Counted from the first letter of the whole stretch, positions 13,475 through 26,456 are shown. The stretch: DNA of 63,155 nt, filler included, from Octopus bimaculoides (GCF_001194135.2; 8 parts of 7 records of this genome joined end to end with filler, not necessarily neighbours in it), one strand, 5' to 3'. Notes: generated by a model not told the origin, from the sequence alone. Translations and numbers: made by a program.

Positions 13475-13754
13475 CGTTGTTTCTTAAGCAGGGTCTATAT
13501 GAACCTTAGAGGTCCATATGTCCCTTTAAGAGTCCATATAAGATTTTGTTTTTCAAATATATCTGCAATTAACTGGTTATATTCCTACAATACACAAAAT
13601 ATTTTAACAATTTTGTTTAATACTGTTCTTAATGATATTTAATTATAAAAATACAATAGGAGTTTTTAAAGGCTGAATGACCATGGGCTTCCACCTAAAT
13701 AAGTTTGGAATCCAGGGGACCATAAGTAAAAAAAAAAACGGTCGAGAAACACTG
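13475..13754. mobile_element. Probable hAT (Charlie-like) MITE, degenerate; related fragment at about 1650-1775
   Basis: Right end GGTCGAGAAACACTG, left end matching 10/15. Internal AT-rich block shared with 1650-1775. Confidence 0.4.
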
Positions 13755-14165
13755 GTATATACAGACTGATTTGATATACTGACGCAGTACCACTAAAAGG
13801 CTTGTGGTATTTGCCAAAACGTATACGAGGCATTGTAATAGGCTCGCTGTGAGAATTTGAACAGTAACCAAAAAATGCTTTATCGGTTGGGAAGTATGTT
13901 TATAACTAAATAACGAAATAAAACAGGTACGCATGAAAACACAGAAGCAAACAAATACTCAGACGTATAAGTCAGTCTGTCAGTCTCTCTCTCTGTGTAT
14001 GTATGTATGTATGTTATCAATCAGTTTCATTTCTGTATTTCTTGTCCTTAGAGAAAAAGCCGGACTCTAACATAGATTCAAGGCTCATGTATGTATGTAT
14101 GTATGTATGTATGTATGTATGTATGTATGTATGTATGTATGTCAGTCTGTCTGTCTATCTGTCTG

Positions 14166-14570
14166 TATGTATGTATGGGCGGCTGTGTGATGGCGTGCGT
14201 TGTCATGCAACAACAAACCTTTCTTTGGCAATTGGTCTCGGCGTTTGGTGCGAATTGCAGGCTTTAGTTTGTTGGCCAGCAAAATATTATATCTTGCAGT
14301 GTTGATCGTACAACCCCTTTTCCAGCACCTGACACACTTTCCGACCAGAGAAATCAGATCACAGCTCCTTGTTCTTCTTTGGAGCACATTACTAGTGGAG
14401 CAGCCATGCTTACACTGTAAATCCAGAAAGAAAAATGGCGCGATCAGGCTCAAAGTTCGACCACATGATCACAATAGTACCAACTATAAGTACGCGTACG
14501 CAGATGGCACTGTGACAATAATAAAGATATGTTATGGGAAGTACGGATGATTTTTTACTTCCTTTCATAT
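14166..14570 (-). mobile_element. Internally deleted mariner fragment
   Basis: Minus strand TINTARY..LL..KLKPAIRTKRR....GLLLHDNARHHTAA; TIR-like 5' end near 14570. Confidence 0.75.
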
Positions 14571-16843
14571 ATACAAACACACACACCAGAAACACACACA
14601 CACACTTTTACCTCCTGCTAAACGTAGATTTATTATTAGAGCGCTGAATGCCACGATATTTTCCTTGCGAAGTCCTCTTATATAGATGTACGGTGCTAAA
14701 CGCACAGAATAATTATACATCTGCTACGATAAATGATTATGCTTTTAGTGCCGTTCAAGTTCATGCGACGCTAGGACAAGTAACGGTGTGTTTCTAGAAT
14801 CTTTTGTTGACAAGCATCAAAAATACCTATTGACCTGAAAACGACCATTGATTGCATCTAGTTGAAACCTAATTCTATTCTTCTATTGATTTCAGACACT
14901 CCACATCTCGCAGTCTCCCAAATTATCTTCTATTCTTTACCTGCTGCGTACCTCCTTCCGATTACTTCTGCGGAAATTGTAAGCATGCATTAATGCTCCG
15001 CCTTCTCTGTCATGTGCGCTCACAGACTAAGCATGAGAAACTTTTCTCTCCACCACAAGGAAGGGTTCTCCTAAAACACCGGAAAATCCTAAAGGTATTT
15101 AAACATAAAGAATTGCAAACTCTTTTGCTCTCTCTGTCTCTCTTTCATCCCATCTCTTTCTCTTTAATCTCTCTCTCCCTCCCCCTCTCTCTCTCTCACT
15201 CATCTCTGCTCCATCCCATTTTCTCTGTTTAACTGTTTCGTTTATCTTTCTTTCTTTTTGTCTTAGATTCATTCATTTCTTCACATATTCATTCGATCTC
15301 TTTTTCTTTCTCTGTGTGTGTTTTTATGTGCTTGAATGTGTGTGTACGTGAAGGCCAGTAGATGGCTTTGGATAAAGAGGAGAGACAAGTGGTTTGCTGC
15401 TATTGAGATGCAAGCTGGGATTTGATCAATTCAACTTGGTTGGTTGAGTGACTGGGTCACATGTTGAAACACCCGAAACCCTATGAAACTCCAGATATAT
15501 CGCTGACGATACATTTGAGAGATGTATTTTAAAACTATACGAACAAATACGTATACAAAGTAAAAATGTTTTAAAAGTTGCTTCTAAATATATTCTATAT
15601 TTAATTTTGCTGTTACAAATAAACTAAATAATATATATTCACTATGGTGTATACAGTATAGATATTTTCGTTACTCTAATTTGGACCGTCATTAAGAACT
15701 ACGAAGAGAAATAACGGAACTGATAGACAAGCTTCTAAAAATATAATTTTCTCTGTTCATTTGCAATTCTACATTTGGTATTTTACAAGCAAAGATTACT
15801 GATTACAAAGACATTATTGATTTAATTAAAAATGCACCTTTAAAAGTACAGAATTAAGATCTTGTAAAATCATATTTGCTCTACATTACTGAATAGCTGG
15901 AAGCTCTTGAAATGGTAACAAACCTTATCGCACTAAATCTGCTAAGCCTCATTGTTGTAGTCGTATTAGCTCTATACATGTATGCATACATAAACACACA
16001 TCTATGTATGAATGCAGGCATGTACAAGTGTATATGTATTTTATAAATATACATATTTATGTAAGTGTACATACATACATATATACATATATATATATAC
16101 ATATACATTTATATATGTAGACACTCATGCATAATCTTGTACCTGGTTGCTCTTTTACTTGCTTCAGTCATTTAACTGAGGCCATACTGGAGCACCACAT
16201 TTGGTCGAACAGATCAAACCCAGGACTTATTCTTTGTAAGCTTTTGTAAGACCGATAAAATAAGTATTCTATCGGTCTCTTTTGTAGAGTTGCTCGGTTA
16301 CGGGGATGTAAACACATCCGCACCGGCTGTCAAGTGATGGCGGAGGAGGGACAAACACAGATACTCAAAACACATACGCACACATATATAAATATATACG
16401 ACCCAGTGCGTAACTGGTACTTAATTTATCGACCCCGAAATGATGAAAGCAAAGTCAGCCTCGGCGGAATTTGAACTGAGAACGTAACGGCAGACGAAAC
16501 ACCGCTAAGCATTTCGTCCGGCGTGCTAACGTTTCTTATTACTTTATTGCTCACAAGGGGCTAAACATACACGGGACAAACAAGGGCAGACAAACGGATT
16601 AAGTCTATTATATCGACCCCAGTGCGTAACTGGTACTTATTCAATCGACACCGAAAGCATTTCGCCTGGCGTGCTAACGCTTCTGCCAGCTTGCCGCCTT
16701 ACCAATCCAAACATTTGCATCGTATACTAACAGGTATAAAGGGAGGTGTCTATTAATAGCAGGTATCTGGTCGAGTCTAAGCGCCAATTCTCTGTATCTA
16801 TTTTATGCCTTTTTAATGTATTCGTAAAAATTACATACACAAA

Positions 16844-17006
16844 AGCGCTGGAGTGCCTGTGTGGTAAGTAGCTTGTTTTCCAACCACATAATTCCGGGTT
16901 CAGTCCAATTGCGTGGAACCTTGGGCAAGTGTTTTCTACTGTAGCCTCGGGCAGACCAAAGCCTTGTGAGTGGATTTGGTAGACGGAAACTAAAAGAAGC
17001 CCGTCG

Positions 17007-17045
<39 letters not shown>

Positions 17046-17234
17046 ATATGTTTGTGTGTCTGTGTTTGTCACCTCAACATCGATTGACAACCGATGCTGG
17101 TGTGTTTACGTCCCCATAACTTAGCGGTTCGGCAAAACAGACTAATAGAATAAGTAATAGGCTTCCAAACAATATGTCCTGAGGTCGATTTGTTCGACTA
17201 AAGGCGATGCTCCAGCATGGCCGCAGTCAAATAA
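16844..17234 (+). mobile_element. SINE family A copy
   Basis: Same head, body and tail as 5716-6127, opposite orientation. Confidence 0.85.
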
Positions 17235-18039
17235 NNNNNNNNNNNNNNNNNNNNNNNNNNNNNNNNNNNNNNNNNNNNNNNNNNNNNNNNNNNNNNNNNN
17301 NNNNNNNNNNNNNNNNNNNNNNNNNNNNNNNNNNNNNNNNNNNNNNNNNNNNNNNNNNNNNNNNNNNNNNNNNNNNNNNNNNNNNNNNNNNNNNNNNNNN
17401 NNNNNNNNNNNNNNNNNNNNNNNNNNNNNNNNNNNNNNNNNNNNNNNNNNNNNNNNNNNNNNNNNNNNNNNNNNNNNNNNNNNNNNNNNNNNNNNNNNNN
17501 NNNNNNNNNNNNNNNNNNNNNNNNNNNNNNNNNNNNNNNNNNNNNNNNNNNNNNNNNNNNNNNNNNNNNNNNNNNNNNNNNNNNNNNNNNNNNNNNNNNN
17601 NNNNNTATATACATACATACATACATACATACATACATACATACATACATACATCAATACATACATATATATATACACACACACACACACAAATGGAAAC
17701 ATAAAGACTATGAATGTAAGAGAGGGAAAAACTGTTTTTTAAAATGTTAGTGAATCAAATATTGATAGGTAGATAGATATTAATGTTATCCCACGAGACG
17801 GCCCAAACTATTTCTTTCCATTATATATATATTAATACACAATGGAAAGAATGCACGTCGGAAATAAAAGAGTACTATTTCCAATTGCCTTAGCATCGAA
17901 AACATGTAAAAGATACACACGTGCAAGAACAGAATGAGATATGGGAAGTAGGCAAGCAATGTACGTACGCACATACACAAAAACAAATAAATGCGAATAG
18001 ATACTTATATTTATGTATGTGTGTGTATGTCTATATGTG

Positions 18040-18098
<59 letters not shown>

Positions 18099-18198
18099 NN
18101 NNNNNNNNNNNNNNNNNNNNNNNNNNNNNNNNNNNNNNNNNNTTAATTAATTAANNNNNNNNNNNNNNNNNNNNNNNNNNNNNNNNNNNNNNNNNNNN
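18099..18198. other. Assembly gap placeholder N44-TTAATTAATTAA-N44, also at about 26171, 42703, 47878, 52983, 56566 and 61853
   Basis: Identical 12-mer embedded in N runs; it encodes stops in all six frames. Confidence 0.95.
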
Positions 18199-19035
18199 GT
18201 CATAAAACTGGCCAACAAGGGTGGAGCTATGGTGGTATGGCGTTCACACCTTTACAAGGTTGAAGCTTTCCACCAGCTTCAAGACACCTCCTTCTATTGC
18301 CCTCTGCCCTCCAACCTCATGCCTACCAACAGACTGTGTCCTCCACTATTCATGACCTCATTTCCTCCTCCTATCTCCTTCCCACCACCTCCAACCTCAT
18401 TGTCTGCACACCACACATCCCCACTATTTACTTCATTCCCAAAATTCACAAGCCCAACAATCCTGGCCACACCATCATCTCTGCCCGCAACTGCTCCATG
18501 GAAATGATCTCCAAGTACCTTGACCATATTCGTGCCCCTCCTAGTGGCTTCTCTCCCCTACCACAACACTAACCATGCTCTCCATCTGTTTAACTGTTTC
18601 TCCTTCCCATCTTCCCCCTCTAAATTTCTGTTCACTCTTGGTATCAGAAGTTTATATATGGTGATTCCACACAACGAAGGGCTTCTTACCCTCAAACACT
18701 TTCTAGACCTTCGGCCTAACCCTCAACCTGACAACTTTACACTTCTTCATCTGGCCGAACTTGTTCTCTCTCTCAACTGCTTCATGTTTATGGGGGATTT
18801 TTACCAACAGTTCTTGGGAGTGGCCATGGGAACAACAATGAGCCCCAACTATGCGGACTTGTTCACTGGCTATGTCAAAGCCCAAATATTCTCCCAATTC
18901 ACTGGTCCCACTCACAAACTATATAATTGTTATATTGATGACTGTATCAGAGTGACCTCACTCTCACATGAACAACTAGACTCCTTCCTCTCCTTTGTCC
19001 AATCCTTCCATCCTGCCTTTGAATTTTCCTGCACT
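18199..19035 (+). mobile_element. Penelope-like element reverse transcriptase, frameshifted relic
   Basis: VIKLANKGGAMVV, YFIPKIHKPNNPG, SLYMVIPHNEGL, GVAMGTTMSPNYA and YIDDC are PLE RT motifs. Truncated by a SINE at about 19044. Confidence 0.9.
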
Positions 19036-19043
19036 GTCTTCTA

Positions 19044-19746
19044 CTTTTTTACTCTTTTAATTGTTTCAGTCATTTGACTGCAGCCATGCTGGAGCACCGC
19101 CTTTAGTCGAGCAAATCGACCCCAGGACTTATTCTTTGGATGCCTAGTACTTATTCTATCAGTCTCTTTTTGCCGAACCGCTAAGTTCCGGGGACATAAA
19201 CACACCAGCATCGGTTGTCAATTGATGGTGGGGGGACAAACACAGACACACAAACACACATACATATATACAACGGGCTTCTTTCAGTTTCCGTCTACCA
19301 AATCCACTCACAAGGCTTTGGTCGGCCCGAGGCTATAGCAGAAGACACTTGCCCAAGGTGCCAGGCAGTGGGACTAAACCTGGAACCATGTGGTTGGNNN
19401 NNNNNNNCGCCTTTAGTCGAGCAAATCGACCCCAGGACTTATTCTTTGGATGCCTAGTACTTATTCTATCAGTCTCTTTTTGCCGAACCGCTAAGTTCCG
19501 GGGACATAAACACACCAGCATCGGTTGTCAATTGATGGTGGGGGGACAAACACAGACACACAAACACACATACATATATACGACGGGCTTCTTTCAGTTT
19601 CCGTCTACCAAATCCACTCACAAGGCTTTGGTCGGCCCGAGGCTATAGCAGAAGACACTTGCCCAAGGTGCCAGGCAGTGGGACTAAACCTGGAACCATG
19701 TGGTTGGTAAGTAAGCTACTTAACCACACAGCCACTCCTGTGCCTA
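19044..19746 (-). mobile_element. SINE family A copy (300 bp artefactually duplicated across a 10-N gap)
   Basis: Family A sequence; 19098-19397 is repeated at 19408-19707. Confidence 0.85.
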
Positions 19747-20033
19747 TTTCTGTCAAATTTCTTGAGACATTTCTGTCAGCATACACCACTCTGCTCTCAC
19801 TACCCCCATCCACTACAAACACATTGACCCACATACATACATTCATACTTACATACATACATACATACATAATTAAGGATAAAAATCATTAAAAATTAAT
19901 GATTTTTATCAGTGGCCATCATATGAAAAAACCAAATTGGTAAAATCAATATATAAATATATAATTATATAGATCTAATTATAATTAAGGGCACTGGAGA
20001 AACGGCACCTATGCTAGAGATAGACAGCAAACA

Positions 20034-20381
20034 ACTATAAACCACTTTGAATTTGCACTCCATTAGCACAAGGTTGAATGTGTGGAAAATGGATAAAAAA
20101 GATTTTGTAAAACTTTGGTTAACCCTAAATCTTCAGATTTCTGGTTTTGTAATAAATGCTCCACCTTCATCAGTAGAGCATACATATACATACCCATACA
20201 AGTATTGTATGGGTATGTGTATGTATTTTCATTTAGGTATGGTTAGTAATGTAGAGTATTTATTACAAAACCAGAAATCTGAAGATTTAGGGTTAACCAA
20301 AGTTTTACAAAATCTTTTTTATCCATTTTCTTCACATTCAACTTTGTGCTAATTGAGTGCAAATTCGAAGTGTTTTATAGT
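20034..20381. repeat. Long inverted repeat (128-bp arms) with a second hairpin in its spacer
   Basis: 20034-20161 versus 20254-20381; inner stem 20180-20226 with loop agtat. Confidence 0.92.
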
Positions 20382-20436
20382 CATTTCATGTCTCTCTCTA
20401 GTATAAGAGCTATTCCTCCAGCGCTCTTAATAATAT

Positions 20437-20762
20437 TTATATAATTATTGCCAGTACCGCCTGACTGGCTCCCGTAGGATTTTCGAGTGAGATCGTTGCC
20501 AGTGCCCCTGGACTGGCTTGTGCGGGTGGCACATAAAAGACACCATTTCGAGCGTGGCCGTTTTCGTGCGGGTGACACGTAAAAGCACCCACTACACTCT
20601 CTGAGTGGTTGGCGTTAGGAAGGGCATCCAGCTGTAGAAACTCTGCCAAATTAGATTGGAGCCTGGTGTTGCCATCCGGTTTCACCAGTCCTCAGTCAAA
20701 TCGTCCAACCCATGCTAGCATGGAAAGCGGACGTTAAACGATGATGATGATGATGATGATGA
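20437..20762 (+). mobile_element. SINE-like family E with (GAT)n tail
   Basis: ttggcgttaggaagggcatccagctgtagaaa...gcatggaaagcggacgttaaacgatgatgat. Copies at about 22455-22668 (+), 22848-23010 (+), 49735-50100 (+), 50528-50735 (-), 51815-52300 (+), 53933-54200 (-) and 56338-56505 (-). Confidence 0.85.
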
Positions 20763-20860
20763 TTTATGTAGTTGAAATTTATAGGTAAACAGAAGACAAA
20801 GACAGGTGTATGAACAACAAGGAAATGTATTAGTTTGACGCTCAGGAAAAATGAAAAAGT

Positions 20861-20896
20861 CTTTAGCGTTTCAAGCCCAGGCTCTTCAATAGAAAG
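20861..20896 (-). ncRNA. Degenerate hammerhead-like relic
   Basis: Minus strand cttt-CUAUUGA-a-GAGC-ctgg-GCUU-GAAA-cg-cu-aaag. Stems I and II and spacing are kept; three core positions deviate. Confidence 0.35.
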
Positions 20897-23006
20897 GAGC
20901 AAGAGGAATTAAACAGAGAGAGAATGAAAAAACATGTAGAGTTCAGCAGTATCCAGCATGGTGAATGATTGGAAAAGAAAACAGGTTGAAAGAAAGGGAG
21001 ATAAGAAAAAAAATAGAGGTGAATGAAAGGGAGATAATAATAGTGCGTGTGATCCCAACAAGAGAAGGTGTGCATATGTGTTTGTGTATGTGAGAATAGT
21101 ATGTGTGAGTATGTGTATATGTGTGAATAGGGGCAAGTGACTCTGACATGTGTGAGTGTGTGTAACGTGTGTGTGGTGTGTAGCAGTTGATGTATGCTTT
21201 TTCACATGCTGTGTGCATATGTGTGTATCTGTGTGTGTGTGTGTGTGAGTGTGACCAAACCGTGTGCATGTGTATGGTGTATGTGGGCGAAAGATATTTT
21301 TGGCTATGTATGTTGTGTGTGTGAATGTGAGTTGAGTGTGCATGTATACATTGTCTGTGTTCAGATATTATGTGAATGTGTGGATGTGGGAGTATATATT
21401 GTCTGTGTTTAGGTATTATATGTTTGTGTGGGTGTGGGAGCATGCATGATGGTGTGTGGCGTGTGTACTGAGTTAAACAGTGCGTCCGTCTGCTCATATA
21501 GTGGTGATGCTATTGAATGGGTGCGTGGACGATTGTGTGTGGGTGTGTGGATGATGGTGTGTAGTGTAGGTGTTAAGAAGTGGTCAGTACTAGTGTCTGG
21601 AGTGGTGTGNNNNNNNNNNNNNNNNNNNNNNNNNNNNNNNNNNNNNNNNNNNNNNNNNNNNNNNNNNNNNNNNNNNNNNNNNNNNNNNNNNNNNNNNNNN
21701 NNNNNNNNNNNNNNNNNNNNNNNNNNNNNNNNNNNNNNNNNNNNNNNNNNNNNNNNNNNNNNNNNNNNNNNNNNNNNNNNNNNNNNNNNNNNNNNNNNNN
21801 NNNNNNNNNNNNNNNNNNNNNNNNNNNNNNNNNNNNNNNNNNNNNNNNNNNNNNNNNNNNNNNNNNNNNNNNNNNNNNNNNNNNNNNNNNNNNNNNNNNN
21901 NNNNNNNNNNNNNNNNNNNNNNNNNNNNNNNNNNNNNNNNNNNNNNNNNNNNNNNNNNNNNNNNNNNNNNNNNNNNNNNNNNNNNNNNNNNNNNNNNNNN
22001 NNNNNNNNNNNNNNNNNNNNNNNNNNNNNNNNNNNNNNNNNNNNNNNNNNNNNNNNNNNNNNNNNNNNNNNNNNNNNNNNNNNNNNNNNNNNNNNNNNNN
22101 NNNNNNNNNNNNNNNNNNNNNNNNNNNNNNNNNNNNNNNNNNNNNNNNNNNNNNNNNNNNNNNNNNNNNNNNNNNNNNNNNNNNNNNNNNNNNNNNNNNN
22201 NNNNNNNNNNNNNNNNNNNNNNNNNNNNNNNNNNNNNNNNNNNNNNNNNNNNNNNNNNNNNNNNNNNNNNNNNNNNNNNNNNNNNNNNNNNNNNNNNNNN
22301 NNNNNNNNNNNNNNNNNNNNNNNNNNNNNNNNNNNNNNNNNNNNNNNNNNNNNNNNNNNNNNNNNNNNNNNNNNNNNNNNNNNNNNNNNNNNNNNNNNNN
22401 NNNNNNNNNNNNNNNNNNNNNNNNNNNNNNNNNNNNNNNNTATATATATATATGTTGCCAGTACCCACTGACTGGCCTTCGTGCTGGTGGCACATAAAAG
22501 CACCCACTACACTCTCGGAGTGGTTGGTGTTAGGAAGGGCATCCAGCTGTAGAAACTCTGCCAAATCAGATTGGAGCCTGATGTAGCCATCTGGTTCACC
22601 AGTCCTCAGTCAAATCGTCCAACCCATGCTAGCATGGAAAGCAGACGTTAAACGATGATGATGATGATGTATGCAGAGATATGTGTATGTATATGTATTT
22701 TTATGCACATACACACACACGTGCGTGCACTTTCACACACACACGTATGTATGTGTATGTACATGTGTATATGATGGGGGTGCATTCCCTATCAGTCTTG
22801 ATATTGACTATTTAGTTGTTTAACGAAATGAATTAATATATATATATATGGTGGATGGTTGGCATTAGGAAGGGCATCCAGCCGTAGAAACCATGCCAAA
22901 TTAGGCTGGAGTTTGGTGCATCCCCTTGGCTTACCAGCCCTGGTCAAACCATCCAAGCCACGCCAGCACGGACAACAGAGTTAAATGATGATGATGATGA
23001 TGATGA

Positions 23007-23029
<23 letters not shown>

Positions 23030-23048
<19 letters not shown>

Positions 23049-24216
23049 CTGAAGTTTTGTGTGTGGACAATTCCATATGACCGCAATTATCTTCTGAACC
23101 TTTCATCCGATTTCGTTGAAATTTTATACAGAGCTTCATCTGCCAAGGACTACATCTACTTATTCTTTTCGAAAATCGATATTGGGGCCTGTTGAACAGT
23201 GCGAGACGTAAGATGAGTTGTACTCATATGTGAGCATTACTCAGTCAGCTCTTAAGTGCACGCAAAGATTGCACAAAAATGCTGCAATAATTAGACATGA
23301 AAACAAGACGTTCTTTATTGCTAGGCATAAACGTTTTCTTACGCAAATTTTCAAAAGGTTTTTTTTTCATTGGTTGGTCACGGTAGAGATGTCATTTTGT
23401 TATCTTATATAATCAACAATTTTTTTCTTACATAGTCGTTTTTTTATAGGAAATATAATAATAAATGTATCTTTTTTAAAGTTGATAATCACTTTGACTG
23501 ACGCTAAAAAATGTGCATTATTCAACTAAATTGTTTGTAAAAAATAATGCAGGGTAGTTCAAACGAGGGTATCACTTATGAAAAACGAAAGCATTATCAC
23601 ACTTATTGTATTTTGTTTTTATTGCATTCCTGTGTGCTAAAAAATGTGCATTATTCACCTAAATTGTTTGTAGAGAATATTGCAGGGTAGTTCAAACGTG
23701 GGTATCACTTATGAAAAACGAAAGCATTATCACACTTATTGTATTTCGTTTTTATTGTATTCCTGTTTACAAACGTTGTTTCAGTAAGTAAACTGTCACT
23801 TATTGTAAAATTTTTGTTTTCTCTCTTTGCACTTGAAATAGAAGGTATGTTTCCTTGTGATTATTTGTTTTGCATATTTCACAACCAGCAATTCCTAAAC
23901 TATTTCTATGTTAAGTTTAACATTTGACTTTGTACTATTTATCGTTTTGCTCATGATGTTAATACTTGAAAATACGTCGTTACGTTAACAATATTACAGA
24001 AAAGTTCATTTAAGGGTTAGTCTATAAATCAAAAACTTTAAAATATTCTATTTTTGGTCCTTTTGACCACCATTGGTCCTGTAGTAAACGACCGTGCAAA
24101 CCAGAGGAGAATGGCGACGAACTGGAAGAGGCTCCTTTTAACGTGTTGCACGGTCGCCACAAAACAATGTAATGTAATATAAGCGGGCTCGCATGTGAGA
24201 TGCGAGCAAGTGCTAG
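23030..24216 (+). mobile_element. Non-autonomous Helitron
   Basis: 5' TATATATAAAGCTGAAGT head after a TA run. Internal tandem duplication of about 130 bp (about 23506-23765). 3' hairpin gctcgcat/atgcgagc (24187-24207) followed by CTAG (24213-16). Confidence 0.65.
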
Positions 24217-25129
24217 CAAGGAAAGAGAGAGAGAGATAACCGTTAGATATATATAGAGAGAGTAAGTTTATTAGCATAGTGAACTGTGTGTTTGTGTGCG
24301 TGCATGCGGCAATATAAACAATAGAATATGTATGACGGATCGTCGTGTAAAGAATAATATGTATACATAAATGTGTGTGAGTGTGGTTGAGAAATACAGA
24401 GCATGGAATAAGAGTCTGTAACACAGTAGATAAGCGTCCTGAACAAAGATAGAGAAATACCAGTTCATAGAAGAGTTACACAGCTGGTAGAATGTCTGTA
24501 CACAAGAGGTCGTGGCCGAATAGCAGAGCTGAGGTGTCACATGTTGTGTGTGAAGTTGAGCGTCGATGCTGCGACTGGTTACTTGGTACAGAAGATTCTC
24601 GCAGGTTGTTCTGACTGTTATTTTCGAGGTGGAAACAATCCACACAAACAGTAATGAGATGGAACCGCGGTTGCTGTTGGTAGCGTGTACTCTGGTGGTG
24701 GTGTTGGCGCTGGCGACGACATTGTAGTAGACAGTAGATTGGTGGTGTTGACGTCGTCGCTGGAGACTGACTGGAGCTGTGTTCTGTGTGTGGTCTACGA
24801 CTAGACCTGTGAGAGGTCTAAAGCCGTGACAAACTGGCATGGATGAAGCAAGACTATGTATAGATAAAAAGGGGCTCAGGAAACAGCAGAAAACACTCTC
24901 TCACGTGACCTTAACAGAAGGCCACGATTGGTCGGTATGCACCCTGGCGCGAAACTGAACTGTTGACAAATGCCGTGCAAATAAGAGCCAATCAGGGTAG
25001 TAGACATAGCAGTCCAAGCGGTCAAAGGCTAGATGTTAGTCGCTACGTTATCATTTGCAAATAAGTACCCGAGAGAGAGGCTTCACTACAGTCCCATGAT
25101 TTTATGATGGAACATTTTGTTACAAACTG

Positions 25130-25884
25130 GGCTTTCCTTTTCGCCATTTTCTTCTCAACTCCTCCAAATCGGCGATGGTCGACTAGAGTCCGATGACAGT
25201 GGACACTTCTACAATTGGCCACTCTGTCTCCACGCCCCATGATCTCTGCTCTTTCGTGTATCCTAATTTATTAATTGACTTCATGAAAACTGATTGGCTT
25301 TGTGAGAGGGCTATTCTTGCGCCCAGAAATGCTGCAGTTAAGCTTATCAATCACGAGTTAGTTAGTCATTTGCCCTCCATTCAATGCTGTTACAAGTCAG
25401 TTGACACTGTTACTGACTTTAATCAAGCTACTAACTTCCCGACAGAGTTACTCAACTCGCAGGATCCTACCGGACTACCTCCTCATGAGGTGTGTTTAAA
25501 AATCGGAGCTCCCATCATCATTTTACGTAATTTAAACCCACCCTTTCTTTGTAATGGAACGCGACTGGTGGTCAAACAACTTATGAACCTTGTGATTGAG
25601 GCGGAAATCATTACAGGGCCTGAGCAAAATGAAACTATTTTCCCAAAATTCCATTCATTCCTTCTGACTGCCAATTTCCCCTGAAAAGGTTGCAATTCCC
25701 CATTAAGCTGAGTTTTGCTATGATCATCAACAAATCTCAAGGTCAATCTCTTAAGGTTGTTGGTTTAGATCTTCGTACCCACTGTTTTTCATATGGCCAG
25801 TTTTACGTTGGCTGTTCCAGAGTTGGTGATCCTGACACCCTTTTTATTTATGTTCCTAACAATAAAACAAAAAACGTTGTATAT
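25130..25884 (+). pseudogene. Helitron PIF1-like helicase C-terminal region, frameshifted
   Basis: LLQIGDG, AILAPRN, FPTELLNS...GLPPH.V.LKIGAPIIILRNLNPP.LCNGTRL, QFPIKLSFAMIINKSQGQSL, FSYGQFYVGCSRV, TKNVVY. Confidence 0.92.
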
Positions 25885-26126
25885 ACCGTAAATCCTCGAG
25901 TATAATCTGCATTTTTTCCCCCAAAATTTAAAGGTCAAAATCCCTAGTGCGTACTATATACGAGGTTAAAAATGAAAAATATTTTCTAAGCAATGTTCGA
26001 GTCTCTATTTGCTGTCCGGCAATGTTTATTCAGACGCATTTTGTGATGTCGGGCGCGAAAATACCTTAAGCTAATACCTTAAGCTATATTTATTTTTCAC
26101 TGATGTTATTATTGTTATTTCTTTAT
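25885..26126. mobile_element. Tc1/pogo-like element end inserted at a TA in the Helitron helicase; runs into a gap
   Basis: TA|CCGTAAATCCTCGAGTATAA resembles the TIR of the MITE at 52420. Confidence 0.55.
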
Positions 26127-26456
26127 NNNNNNNNNNNNNNNNNNNNNNNNNNNNNNNNNNNNNNNNNNNNTTAATTAATTAANNNNNNNNNNNNNNNNNN
26201 NNNNNNNNNNNNNNNNNNNNNNNNNNAACAGAGAGAGTACAATACTTTCCTCTCTTAAGCGACACCCCAGTCCTTCAGGAGAGTTAATCCGCAGCTGTTG
26301 CCAGAACTCATTTTCAGGTGTTTGAACGTGAGCAGAGTGAAATGAAATGTTTGTGCTAAAGAATACAACGTCCCACCTGATCTGGGAATCGAAATCGTGG
26401 CCTTGCCATCGTGAAGTCAACACCCTAACAATTAGGTCACACACCTACACACACAG

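Noticed and set aside
18143-18154. Recurrent TTAATTAATTAA motif (seven times)
   Set aside because: Always centred in N runs and gives stops in all six frames: a scaffolding placeholder, not biology.
20682-20698. CUGAGGA...GAAA on the minus strand of family E SINEs, hammerhead-like
   Set aside because: Only 5 nt (ctggt) lie between the core halves, so stem II cannot form; GAAA is instead part of a ctggt/accag hairpin.
24659-24727. MEPRLLLVACTLVVVLALATTL, which looks like a signal peptide and could be a neuroglian first exon
   Set aside because: Ends in TAG TAG. The only nearby GT (gtagta) is a weak phase-2 donor, and the sequence lies within a Helitron-associated segment.
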